Source: Paragordius varius (Eukaryota; Animalia; Nematomorpha). Taken from it: a stretch of DNA of 64,000 nt. The translations under genes were made by a program, and so were the position numbers. Shown piece after piece: positions 26,239 to 46,632 of this stretch. The first letter of the stretch is position 1. Every line of letters begins with the position of its first letter. Under the pieces are notes generated by a model that had not been told where the DNA came from, made no database searches, and saw only the letters and a program-made list of their open reading frames with translations. The stretch is from positions 7,502,001-7,566,000 of the forward strand of contig OZ176051.1 of NCBI GenBank assembly GCA_964247055.1, written 5' to 3'.

Positions 26239-27210
26239 CTTAGGTGATATTACTAGGTGCACTGGAAGTGGATAAATAATTTGTTTAGGCGATTAAAACA
26301 TTTAATATTTAACTCTTGATCTCCTCAATATCCCGGATAAGGAGTCAAATTGAATGGTTGATGGATAAATTAATGCTTTGAAATAAGGAGTGAGCACTCA
26401 AATTTGAATGATTGAATGTTTAATTATCAAGCTGATTCAATTTGATACCAATAATCTCGATCGCTCCAATTTCTCGGTATAAAGAGTAAAATTCAATGAT
26501 TGATTATGGATGAAATCAATGTGTTTGCTGTTTCTTCAAAGTGGTAGTATTAATTAGTAGTAGGATTTCTGTTATTGTATGATATCATAAACTGTTGTGT
26601 TATTGAACATATAATCAACCATTCAATTTCACCCCAGAGATCGAGAAATTGGGGCGGTCAAGAGTATCGGTATAAAGTCGAGTTTCTTGATAACTAAACA
26701 TCATAAAAATATAGAGAGCAAATCCTATTAATTTTAATAGCCTATAAAGATACACATTTTATTCATTATTCAACCATTCAATTTTGCTTTTTGACCGAGT
26801 ATATAAGGCGGTCAAGAGTATCGGTATCAAATCATGTTATAAATTATTAGGTGTTAGCTGTTTCGGTTTTTGTTATGAATATATTATAATTTATAAAACA
26901 TATTTGTGAATTTTAAAGATATGTATAGTATTAATTAACTAAATATTAATTAAAATATATTAACAATTATAAATATTACTGTGTGGCGTCATGGTATTGA
27001 GTAGGCAGCCTCTTAGGTATTCGGAGTGCCAGGGTTTGGACTCCCAAAATGAGCAATTTTCCCATCTACACTGTGAGTCTTAAGTCTTGATTCAAGTAAG
27101 GTACTTCTTACCCTTTAATTAAAAAGAAAAAAAGGGACCATGAACGGTATTTATTTTAATTACTGTTCAAGAGTAGTATAAAATAATTGAATCTAGCAAA
27201 CCCAAACTAA

Positions 27211-29250
27211 TCTATATATTTATAAAAATGGAAGGTGGTGGCTTTGTGATCTGTTTCCGGAAAACCGGTAGACCCATTCAAATCCAACCGTTGCAAAAAA
27301 ATCATTAATGTGCCCAATAATAGCTTCGCCCTTTTTTTGAATTAGGCCCCCTGTTCGGGTCCACCCCGTGTAAAAAACGGGTTTTTTTTAAAAAAAACAG
27401 AAGTCCACAAAAATCGTGTCTTTGAGACATTTACTTTTCCGATTGCGCCGAACATAGTCGGCTCGCTTTTTAATTTAGGCCCTCTTTTTACCCGCTCCCC
27501 CCGTAAAATGCTATTTTTTTGAAAAAAATTAAGTCCATAAAAATAATTTTCTGTGTCTTTCGCCCAAGGTATGACCGTAAAAATTCAATAAGGATTTTAT
27601 ATTCCCCGTTAAAAGGAAAAAATTTAAGCCAAGCGTTTCTTTGATGATAGCTGCTGGGTAAGGGGCTACCCGTGAAAAACTGGCCCCTCATATCGAAGCG
27701 TGCTTTTGGGGTTAAATTGCAGAAAACCTATCATATGAGTTTAATAGATGCTTAAAGTATTACCCGTAAAAAGTCTAAAATATAAGCCGAACATTTTAAT
27801 TAGCCGTTAAATAGGCCCTTTACGCCCAAAAAATGCACTATTATTGAACTATTATTTAGTTTTGAAGCCATTCTTCCATAAACTATTAGGAATGAATGAT
27901 GATTCCAGGTATAAACAAATTTTTTATCTAACTACAATTTTATATTGGCCTCTGGGTAGGGGACTACCGGCCTATAACTGCGCCATCATATCGATACAGC
28001 ATGCCTTTGGAGCCAAGTTCCAGAATATGAGACTATATGAATTATTTTAAAACTTTGTGCAGCATTACAAAATCGCGTATAAAATCAAAAATATATTATG
28101 CTCATTTCAAATAAAATTGTAGATCTCAATATTTAAACGAGACAATTGAATGATCAATTAGACTTTATTGATTTTAAACATAAAATCGTGTTAGTTTTGT
28201 TTTATTATTTATTTATCTATCATATGTATAGGATATTAAAAATATATGGATAATAAAACATTATTTATGGTCATCTATATTTATAAAAATGGAAAATGCT
28301 GGGCTTTGTGATTTATTTTTGAAAAACCGGTGACCCATTCAAATCCAAACGTCGAAAAAATATAATCATTAATGAATGCCCCGAATGTAGATTCGCCCTT
28401 TTTTGGAATTAGGGCCCCTGTTCGGGTCCACCCTGAGTAAAAAACGGTTTTTTTTAAAAAAAACAGAAGTCCACAAAAATCGTGTCTTTGAGACATTTTT
28501 CCCGAAAACGTGTTGGACCATTCGATTTCAAATATGATTTTTTTACTTTTCCGATTGCGCCGAACATAGTCGGCTCGCTTTTTTAATTTAGGCCCTCTTT
28601 TTACCGGCTCCCCCCGTAAAATGCTATTTTTTCAAAGTGCTTGGTAAGGAGCTATCCTCCAAAAACTGTGGCACTATATAGAAATTGCGTTATTTTGGAA
28701 CTAATTTAAAGCTTATGCAATATGAGCTCATTTAAAGTTCGACATATTACCCGTAACTAGGTAAAAATAATTTCGGCCTTTCTTTATTAGCCGTTAATTT
28801 GGGGTCTATATGCCCTAAAAATACGCCATCATATAACGATTATTTAGTGTTGAGGTATTTTTGGATTCCAAATATTTTCTCTATAGAGGCAAAAAATTTA
28901 ACTCAGCGCTTTTTTCATATAGTATCGATAGGGGCCTACCGGTTTAAAACTGAGACGCCATACAAAAATGGCGTGGCTTTGGAGCTAATTTTCGAAAAAA
29001 TTAAGAAGCCATACAAGTTCAATAATGGCAAATACCCATAAAATGGTAAATAGTATAGTGGTTTTTTCCGTTAGCCGTCAATTTGTGGCCTTTACACAAG
29101 TAAACAATATATTAGTATGAAGGCATCGTTTGTAAATTCTATGAGATTATAGCTATAAAATATTTCAAAATAATTCACATATGTGGATCATTTTATTCAG
29201 AAGTCCAAAGGACTTCCTCGGGCTGCGTAACAGCACGAGATTTACGCTAG
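27211..29250 (+). mobile_element. Composite non-autonomous Helitron (two 5' heads, one 3' terminus)
   Basis: 5' TC heads at 27211 and 28274. The 3' end has the hairpin CTCGGGCTGCGTAACAGCACGAG followed by ATTTACGCTAG|T. It is inserted between A and T with no TSD; the paralogous empty site caaacttaa|tatttaaacgtcaaatc lies at about 25850. Confidence 0.85.
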
Positions 29251-32021
29251 TATATTGTAAAAACGTCAAATCCATTTTTTGACATGCGTGTGTTGCTATA
29301 AAATAACCACAGAAAAAGTTTCATCTAACAAAATAATGAAGAAAATGATTTTGTAAATATTCTGTTAAAAGCAACTCGATTAAATCTTCAGCTTCATTGC
29401 CAATATACTTTTAATTCTTTGTAGATAACTTTGGTTTTTAAGAAACATACAAATCTAGCAAAATAACTATAAAATTAAATAGGTAAAAGTAATTATGTTT
29501 TTATATACCATTGGCACTTCAAGACCTTGAAAATTTTAAGTTGGTCCTTGATCATTTCAAGTAGACATTTTTTAAATATTATTTAGATATATTGGCTTAT
29601 TTAATTTTAGGAAAAAAGCATAAAACTAAATTGGAAACTCTCCGTCAGTTGTTTTTTATGAATATCTATTTAAATATGAGATGAGCCTGCTAACCCCATA
29701 TAATTAGGGTTTATAAGGTGGTTGGAAATAGGGTTAGCACTAAATTGTTTTGAAACCAATCAACTGTTTAATCATTGAATAAAAATTGACTTGATCCGAT
29801 ACCCTTGATCACCCCAGTTTCTCGGTATATGGAGCATTCAATGGTTGAATATAGGTGAAAATAATCTGTTAGATGTTTCGTTAATAAGGTATTTAAATCA
29901 GTAGGATAGCACTAAAATTCTATACGGCTTCATTTCCATCTAAAAAAATTGTTTGTCTTACTATAGATGAAATTCAAGTTTATAATACGGTGGTCGAATT
30001 AGTAGGGTCTCTGTATTTGTATTGAGTATCTGTAACTATTTTGTTTTTGCGTCTATATTTAATTATTTGGATTTTGCTCCTTATACCGAGAAAATGGGGT
30101 TGCTAAGAATATCGGTATCAAGTCGAATTTTCATTAGAGATAAACATTGATAATCAATACTAATTCACTGCCTATACCCTGCTAATTATTCTTATCAAAT
30201 ATAAAGCTTACACATTAATTTTTAAATATTAACCATACAGTACACATTTTAAACTGAATAATTGGGGCCGTCAAGAATATCGATATTAAAAAATAGTTTT
30301 GAATTGATGTGTGAGTTTTTTCTTTAATAAGGTGATCGTAATAAGATGGGTATGCTGTGTAATTTATTGAATATTTTTACCTGTTTTAATTTTAAAACTC
30401 GACTAACATAAATTAGTTTTGTATTTATAAAATTATTTATTTTCCAATTCTCTTGATATTTTAAATTTAAAATATTATTGTTAGGATAAATAATAGATAA
30501 TTTTTGTGTAATTTTTTAAATCTAGACCATTAAAATTACAACCTTGATTATTTAAGTGATTTTTTATTATATAATAGGTACGACCATTACTTGGCCTGAT
30601 GATATATTAGTTAGGGCGGCACCAGAGTTTGGCTTCCAATGCACAATTCCATCATCACTGTGAGTCTTAAGTCCTGATACCATTTAAATTCTTACCCTTT
30701 AGTAAAAAAGGGAAAAAAGATTGTAAATTGTATATTTATATTATAAATTTTTATTATATGCGAGTGTATAAAATAATTAAATCTGGAATGATTAAACCTA
30801 TATATTAATAACAATTGAGCTTATCACAATCCGATTTTTTGACTTATGGTGTGTTGCTTTAACCATTGAAAAAAATATATCTAAATATTACCATGAAAAA
30901 TATAAAAATAAAGTTATCCATATCACCGATTTAAGTCCTCAAAAACTGTTTTAATATGGTTTTACGAAAATAAATATAAAATATTTATATTAAAGCAAAT
31001 ACATGAATCTTTCATAATTAGTAATCGCATACTAGTTTCGGGTTTGTTAGTCTTCATCAGTATGACATAACTATTTGATTTAAAAATGTGTGCAAATTTC
31101 ACCACCAATGTAATTGTATTCAAAATAACTCTATAGTTATCGACTTGATACCAATACTCTTGGCCTCGATATCAGGTAAGAACGATATAATTGATAGTAG
31201 ATGAAAATATGTTGGGTAGTTGGTTGTATGAAAGCCTTGTATTGTAATTAAATATCATTAACTGTTTAGTTACTAGTAAAACTTGACTTGATACCGATGC
31301 CTCCTGACGGTATAGTTTCCGGCATAAGAAGCAAATTAAATTATGGCGATTGATAATGTTTATTATATTGTTGCGGTTTAATATAATTTTGATTATTTTT
31401 AATATTTACATAATTTTCTTTTTCCGATTATATGAAATATATGGAAGGGATTACATAAAATTTTAATTTTTTCATTTGTCAAAAGCTTATAAATATAAAA
31501 ACTGATTGTTGGTAAAATTATTATTGTTTAATAAAATGTTATTGAAATTATTACTTTACACGCGTATTGTTTAAAAATAAATTAAATATAGAATGATTCT
31601 ATTTAATATGTTAATTAAAAAAGAACACCTTAACGTAATCCATATTTTGACATATTGTATGCTTTTAATAAACCAAATAAACAAATTTATTAAAAGAAAT
31701 AAAGGAAAAAATCTAAAAAATATGTTGATAAAACAAATTCATTAAAATCAGAGAGCCGCTTTAATTCCAATAAAACATTGCTTTTTTCAATCAAATTTTT
31801 AATATCAAAATTTCAGTAATATTTGGTAATTAAGCAAAGCTTTTACAGGATGAAAATTATGTTGTTGTAAAAAGATTTTAGCACAATCCAATGTATGATT
31901 AGTAAACAATACTTGGTTTACTAAATGTAACCAAAATTATAAGTAAAACTAGGAAGTACGCATTTAAACAAGTAATAACAAATACATGAACATATAAAGT
32001 ACGCTATTGATGAGAGGCTTA

Positions 32022-33000
32022 TCAGGTGTAATCTAAGTTATTACCAGTTGTCAGCGAAAATTGCTCATACAATTAATTTGACACTTATGCTTTTCATCTC
32101 ATAATAAACGACAAACAAGCACAAGTTGAGTTAACGAAAAATTAGCGTTTTATTTATATCCAGTAATGATGACGAATTTTGTACTTAAAAAAACATTTGC
32201 TGTAAACCTTGCCATCAGAAGAAAAGGGCCGTTGAATGTTATTGGTTACTGGGATAAACATATGGTAAACATGCTCCATCGAATAACACAGAAGAAACAT
32301 GGTTTCGAAAATTTAAAGATGTGATATGTACAAGATTGTTGACGCTTTGGTAGAAGGGCAAAGGTTATTTGATAATGACCCAATTTTAACTTAGCCACGA
32401 TTAGCAGTAACATTATATGCATCACAAAAAAAACAATCACAAGATATTTACCAGCATTAGGTAAGATCAAATTAATGGGTACCACAAAATTTGAATGAAT
32501 GCAAAATCGAAGCATGACTTGTGACCTGCTTTATCGTTACGCAAAGAAATTTGCATAGAATTAAAACGGGTGGGAAATGGTGTAAATGCTAAGCTAAAAT
32601 AATCCTGGCTTTCACCTTACCAAGCCGCTCCATCAACACACCACAACTGCTTTGGCGAGAAGACCATATTGTGCCTGATAGGGGAGAATCGTGCATTATA
32701 TAATTTTGAAAGCCGGTGAAACCATATCGCCAATCGATGATTTATTTAAATTTTAAACCAGGTAATCGAAAACGATGGATTTGTTCAAAAAAATGGCAAA
32801 GTATTGCTATATGATGCTCCGTTTCGCACAGAAAAACCACTAAAACACACGAATTAGATTGGAATTTTTTGGGATCCGCTTAACTCTCCCGACTTGGTCC
32901 CATCTGAGTAATACAATTTCGCATTAATGCGGCACATTCTCACAAGCAGCACTTCAATTTCGACAAACAGTAAAAATTTATGACTACTCCTGCTAATACA
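32022..33000 (+). mobile_element. Decayed mariner-family transposon (right end approximate)
   Basis: TA|TCAGGTGTA mariner-like TIR; MTNFV-like start at 32169; remnants KAGETI, KVLLYDA and NSPDLVPSE*Y (YSPDLAPSD motif of mariner transposases); many stops and frameshifts. Confidence 0.7.
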
Positions 33001-34347
33001 AAAAATATGCACGTTTAATAAATTAGTAATAGGATAACTTTTTCTTTTATTTAAAAATTTACATATAAAATTTTCAAATTTTTCTTTAGGAAGCCGTATC
33101 ATATTTATTTTTTATTTATATTATTTTTAGTTTATGAAATAATTCCCTTCAATTTTTCAGTTTTATATGTCGTATAATAATAAAAACATGCTTTGGTAGC
33201 AGAATAATTACCTTTTTTTAATATATATAAATATATTCTAATGGTGTTAATTATTATCCTAAAATTTCTTCGTTTTTTGGGATTTTTTCTATAGGAAAAG
33301 GTTTATAGGTATAGATGCTAGATCTGGCCAACTCTCATTTTTAAATATGGAGTTGAACATTAAAAACATTGATGCTGCTATGAAGACAGGAATATAGAAA
33401 CGCCGACTGATGAGGTTCTAAATTAAGGTAGCGATGTCTGTACTATGATTTTTACAGTTGGAGTAAATACGCGTTACGGTGTTGATATCATGGTTTTTCC
33501 CTATTAAAGTTATAGAAAAAGGATGTGCAAATAATAGAAAATTGAATTATGACAAATTATAAAGATTATATGTAATAATGTTATTTACGACAATATGTTA
33601 GCGCGGAAGAAAAAAACAATTTTTTGAAGAAGTAATTAGTTGTTGTACCTCTAGATAAATACTGTTTGTATGCGGCTAACTTAATGAGCATTTTGCTCAT
33701 ATAAGCAAAGGGTTGAGCTACGCTCAGAAGAGTAAAGTTCAAATCTAGAAATGATGAAAAATATCATGTTGATAATTAATACAATTATTTAAAAAGATAC
33801 CTCTTTTGATAACTAGAAAGCAGTTCCGCTAAATTTCAAATTTATTTTATAGAAAGAAATCAATCTTTAAGCAGATTAAAAATTATAAATCTATCTCTAA
33901 CACGGATATCTCATTGTCTGTTATTTTGAGAATACGAAAACAGCAAATCAAAATGCAGATGATATGCGGACATCTTCAAAATCGTGATCGTCTAGGCGAC
34001 ACAATTTGACTAGATGGCAATATTGCAAAAAATTTGGCGATTTTTTGACATGGAGCATTTACCACAAAAGTTGTAATTTTCTTAAATCTTTAGGCCCAAA
34101 ACCAAAAAAACCATTGGAATCCAGACACATTTTTGCAAGAATACATATATTTCTAAGTATGATTGTGTAAATATATATTTTTGTGTGCCATATGAATATT
34201 AAAATAATTTTTAAAAAATCGATAAAAAAAACATACATAAGTAATTTATTAAATAATAATTGGTACACTGTATAAGGTGTTGTTGAATACGCTATTCGCA
34301 TAAATTACGATAAAAAATAGTTAGAAAACATACAAAAATAAATAGCT

Positions 34348-42172
<7,825 letters not shown>

Positions 42173-44165
42173 CTGATTAATGCATGAAATAATGACATGC
42201 TGTTTCAATGGATGCGTTTGATATATTTTGGGGTATTTGGCGACCCAAGTCTTTTTAATATCAAATGAAAATATTAAGATTAAGACCATTATATAAGTTT
42301 AATATAACATTGGTGAAACCTAATTTTTTTTGATAAACCTGAAGGTAAATTAGCCAACAAGATATGTATGCACTGTAAAATAATGCAAATTAAAGCACTT
42401 TTTCTATAGGGTGCAGGAGGTAGAGATTATTTATTATATCTCATATCTTATATTTGACAAACAGTAGTTCACCCCGGCATCCATATTAACACAAAAATTA
42501 CATAAAGTAAATGGGAGGCTAGTTTTATCCGTTCTAACAGCAACGTATTTATATGGAAAGAAATTAGTTGCATATAAATTTTTACACAACAAATAACTAC
42601 TTTCACCACATAAAATGCGGAAAAAATAAAATACATCTAATTTTTAAAATGAGAAGTTTTATACAATTTACCTTAGAAATTGGTCAAATTCGTGTTTATA
42701 CATATTCCTCGAATACCTATTTTTTAGCATTTCTAAACGCAAAGAATAACTTATCTGTATTTGGACTAACAATTTATTAATATTTGTATTTGATATGCAA
42801 TCGAAACGAATTATCGGTATATTTTATTCATTGGAAAGAAAGTATTAGGCATCGAGGCTGAAAAATTTTAGTTTCAAATAAATTTGCAGAGGTTGTAATC
42901 AATAAATTGATTTATAACACGTGATTTATGCAAAATATATTTCGCTTGTTTGTTCTAAGCTATTTTTCCTAAAATTATTGCAGAGATATTTTTTATTAAA
43001 CTTAAATTTTTCATGCTTTAGTGCTAGAAAAATTTAGATAGTCATAAATGCAAACGCAAACAGCTAATTAAATTTTCATAATTTGTTTCAATTAATTCAT
43101 ATAACGTTAATAAATTATTTTTTTAGTGCAATAACAATACAAGATAAAAATTTAGAAATAGGCACTAAGTTGAACAGGTTCTTTTGCGATTTTCCGTTTT
43201 CAAATTTCACGTATTAAGTATGCTCAATTTTAAATTTGGCTCGATATCCTCCGCATTCGTAAGGTTTTTTTACACATTTATGAGTAGTAATAATTACCGA
43301 AAAGTAATGAGATTAAACAAATTTGAGTAATTATCATAGGATTATTAACTAATATTAGCAAACTTAAAATCTTAAGTTTTGCCAGTATATTTAACCTTAT
43401 TTAATAACTCATAATCCTGCAAAAGGGACATGGTTATCTTTGTTAGTAATATATCTTACTAAACATTATATGGTGTATACCAAAAAAGTGTGCTTTGAGA
43501 CCTTTTTTATAAAAAAATATGAATGCTTATTGTACTCAAAAGCCATAAATATTTTGCTTAATATTATGTCTTCGGATTCTGATTGCCGTATTTGGAACAT
43601 AGAGCATTTAATTATTAAATAATATTTTTACAATTTTAATTTTTAAATATATCATTTTCACCAACTGAAATGATATTGGAATTTTAAATTAAACGCCATT
43701 TTGTAGACGGTCAAATAATTATATAAACAAATTAATGTTGTAAGATGGGAAATTATGTATAATCAACTTTTGGTCGTTTTTACCCATACACTTATGTGTT
43801 GCCAATTGGCCAACACTATACCCACAATATTTTTTTGTTAAATGTTAAATTTTCGTCTTTTGAAAATATTAGACACCCGGTAATAAAGAGTGAAAAAGCA
43901 TAATTATCTAATTAAACAATAATGACAGGAACATATATAGCAAAATACTTCCTTATTCCATGAACTATTAAAGTCCTAAACAAATATTTATAAAAATGGA
44001 ATTGGCAGGAAGTGAAAACGTTTCCGGTTTTATCCGAAGCATACTACGCTTTAACCAAGTAGGCATATTTCATTAAATTTTTTTTTATTTAATTCCAAAG
44101 TATAAAGATTTTATGGCTATCATATCGTTATATATATTATAATAATATACAATATTCATGTTTAT

Positions 44166-45428
44166 CTATGAAAGCAATAAAATTGGAAATAAATCAGTTT
44201 TCCCTGTCTTTTTTGACATATTTTTTATGATATGTTTGGTGTGAGGTTGGGGTTTATGATGTTTGATTTCTTTAATGTTTCCTTGTTCTACAACCACAGA
44301 ATTATGTTTTGAAACAGGCTTATAGGGTGATGGGAGAGCCTTGGCATAAATACCTTCCCAATCAACTCGATAAAACCAAGGATGATGCGTTATATCAGTT
44401 ATACCATTTTTCAGACAACCATAACGTTTTCGATAATCGGCTCTTAGCAAATTATCAATCAAATCTATACAATCTTGACCAATATGTCCACATGTGAGTT
44501 TTGTCATACGGTAATCCAGGATATTCCGGAATATTTCATTTTCTTCGGAACCTCTGAAAGGTGTGTATCCCAAACACATTTCATGTATAAGGACACCCAA
44601 CGCCCACCAATCAGCTCCATAGTCGTAACCTTTATTCTGGCTAATTATTTCGGGTGCCATATATTCCGGCGTACCACATATCGTGTAAGTTCTTTTCTTA
44701 CCAGTGCTTCCCATATATTTGGAAAATCCGAAATCTGTAATTTTTAAGTATCCCTGCAAATCGATAAGTAAATTTTCCGGTTTAAGATCTCGATATATTA
44801 AGTCATTATAGTGAATGTATTCAAAGGCTAATACCACTTGAGCGGCATAAAATTTGGCTATCGATTCATCAAATCTATGTAATTCCTTCAGGTGATTAAA
44901 CATATCACCATGTTCAACGTATTCCAATATGAAATACAAATTGGTCGCATCCTTGTAATAAAAATATAATTGGATAAGAAATGGATATCTTATGCATTGT
45001 AAAATACGTTTCTCCATTAGCACATGATCTTTGCATTTAGATTTTATGACATGGTTTTTGTTTAACACTTTAGATGCATACAAATGTCCTCCTCCTCCCC
45101 CCTTCTCATTATTTGATTGGGGCGTAAGCTTTCGAACCAAATAAACTTTACCGAATGCACCTTCCCCCAATTCTCGTAACCGTTCAAAATCATGATTTGC
45201 TACGTGTGCACAAGCGGGTGGATTTTTCCAATTCGCCAAAAAGGCTTCTTTATCTTTCATGAGAAAAGTTTTGAACGTCTCTTCGTTCCTTAAACTAATG
45301 ACGCGCATATCATTTTCTTCATCTGTACCGTTACTATCCATATTTTTTGTTTCATCCGATTTTGGGTTTAGGGCGGCGTTAGGGGACGAATCATAAATGT
45401 TAGCATTCATAATAAGGTATAATTTCAA
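44166..45428 (-). CDS. cAMP-dependent protein kinase catalytic-subunit-like AGC kinase, intronless (420 aa)
   Basis: GEGAFGKV, YASKVL, EKRILQ, YRDLKPEN, DFGFSK, RTYTICGTPEYMAPE and DWWALGV closely follow PKA-C. The N- and C-termini are divergent. Confidence 0.9.
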   Translation of the reverse strand: MKLYLIMNANIYDSSPNAALNPKSDETKNMDSNGTDEENDMRVISLRNEETFKTFLMKDKEAFLANWKNPPACAHVANHDFERLRELGEGAFGKVYLVRKLTPQSNNEKGGGGGHLYASKVLNKNHVIKSKCKDHVLMEKRILQCIRYPFLIQLYFYYKDATNLYFILEYVEHGDMFNHLKELHRFDESIAKFYAAQVVLAFEYIHYNDLIYRDLKPENLLIDLQGYLKITDFGFSKYMGSTGKKRTYTICGTPEYMAPEIISQNKGYDYGADWWALGVLIHEMCLGYTPFRGSEENEIFRNILDYRMTKLTCGHIGQDCIDLIDNLLRADYRKRYGCLKNGITDITHHPWFYRVDWEGIYAKALPSPYKPVSKHNSVVVEQGNIKEIKHHKPQPHTKHIIKNMSKKTGKTDLFPILLLS

Positions 45429-46061
45429 TATTCAAGTAGCAAATATTGGCTTTTTAAATATCATCGTGACAATCGGCAATTAAGTAGGTAATATTTATCA
45501 AATACGATTATATATTTTATCAAGTTAACGATACATATGTGATGGTTATGTCACAAAAACAGTGTTATGTTTTAGAATTCACCATTTTATTTTTATAATG
45601 TATTCATTTTATCTTTTATAATATTAAATCTCCTACTTAATAGCTCCAAATCGGAAAACCCTATAAGCATAAAAATGGAACCGAAGCCAATTTTTTTTAA
45701 AAGAATTCATAGGTACTGGAATCAATTAGTTTAAAGCATTTAAAAAATATTTGAAGCCGTGGTACAAATTATGGCAAGGTTAAATATTAAAACTCCCCAT
45801 TCTGTGGGGAGAAGAGCTTTTTTACTTTGAAACTGCAAGCAAAGGCAATAATTCTACAAAAATAGTAAAAAACTATTAGTTAGTTAAATGGTAACAATGT
45901 GTAATAATCGACAGCTTTTGTATAATATTTGCAAAAAAATTCCATAAAATTTGAGATATTATCACTATCAAATTATTACTGTGCGACAAAATAATTTTAA
46001 TACAAGGTTATGCCAATGATACCCAAACCGTGGCCCTAATGGCCGATATTTAATGTAAATA

Positions 46062-46320
46062 TACAAGTTACAATCCAAATTCACCCTTAAACAATTCCAA
46101 TTCACCCTAAAATAAATTATGTGTTTTTTAAGATTGGAATTGCCTCTATTTTTAAATATTTATAAGAAATAATTTTGTTAAAAATTAAAATAATACTGAA
46201 AAAATAATAAATTATGCCATAAAGATATATTTTATATTAATAATGAGTTTTATTAGTTCGAAAACAGATAATATTTTTAGGGTGAATTTGAATTGTTCGA
46301 AATTTGAACTGTAAATGGTA
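46062..46320. mobile_element. Tc1/mariner-like MITE (TACCATTTACAATTC family, copy 3)
   Basis: Collinear with 646-899 (aaataaattatgtgtttttaagatt; taatactgaaaaaataataa); right TIR gtaaatggta|ta. Confidence 0.75.
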
Positions 46321-46632
46321 TATTTAATGTGTAATTATATGCAAATGTGCCAACATCTATGAATAAAAAATTTTTTTAGTGAGTACCACTGGATTATACC
46401 ATTTACTGTTCCATTTTTATTTTCTAAACCAGTAAAATAATGTATAATCTAGATTCTAGACAATAAACGCTAAAATTGTATCAATCGAAAAAGATGTTCA
46501 CAAAATCATCTTTGATATATAATAAAATTAAAAAATGGTTATACAAAGGAGCGCGGTAAAAATGGATTCTCAAAACCTTGTTTTAAGGGTGTGACGTGCA
46601 TTTGACTAATTCCGATACTAATGTGGGTTGTA

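Larger units (their letters stand above)
23330..31350. repeat. Tandem segmental array of four related units: an inverted-repeat cassette, a tRNA-like/SINE-like segment and a shared right flank
   Basis: Units at about 23400-24354, 24780-25855, 26240-27210 and (diverged) 29700-30800 share long near-identical stretches, e.g. gagaaattggggcggtcaagagtatcggtataaagtcgagtttcttgataactaaacatcataaaaatatagag. Confidence 0.9.

Noticed and set aside
24351-29041. ORFs at 24351, 27488, 27844, 28281 and 28799
   Set aside because: They lie within the non-autonomous Helitron, are not conserved in frame between its copies, and have no RepHel motifs.
23330-31350. CRISPR-like repeat-spacer array
   Set aside because: The repeats are about 70 bp, degenerate and in both orientations, the spacers are about 90-110 bp, there are no cas genes, and the context is eukaryotic.
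33390-33430. Hammerhead-like core words (GAAA...CTGATGA)
   Set aside because: Only 6 nt separate the two words and no supporting stems are present.
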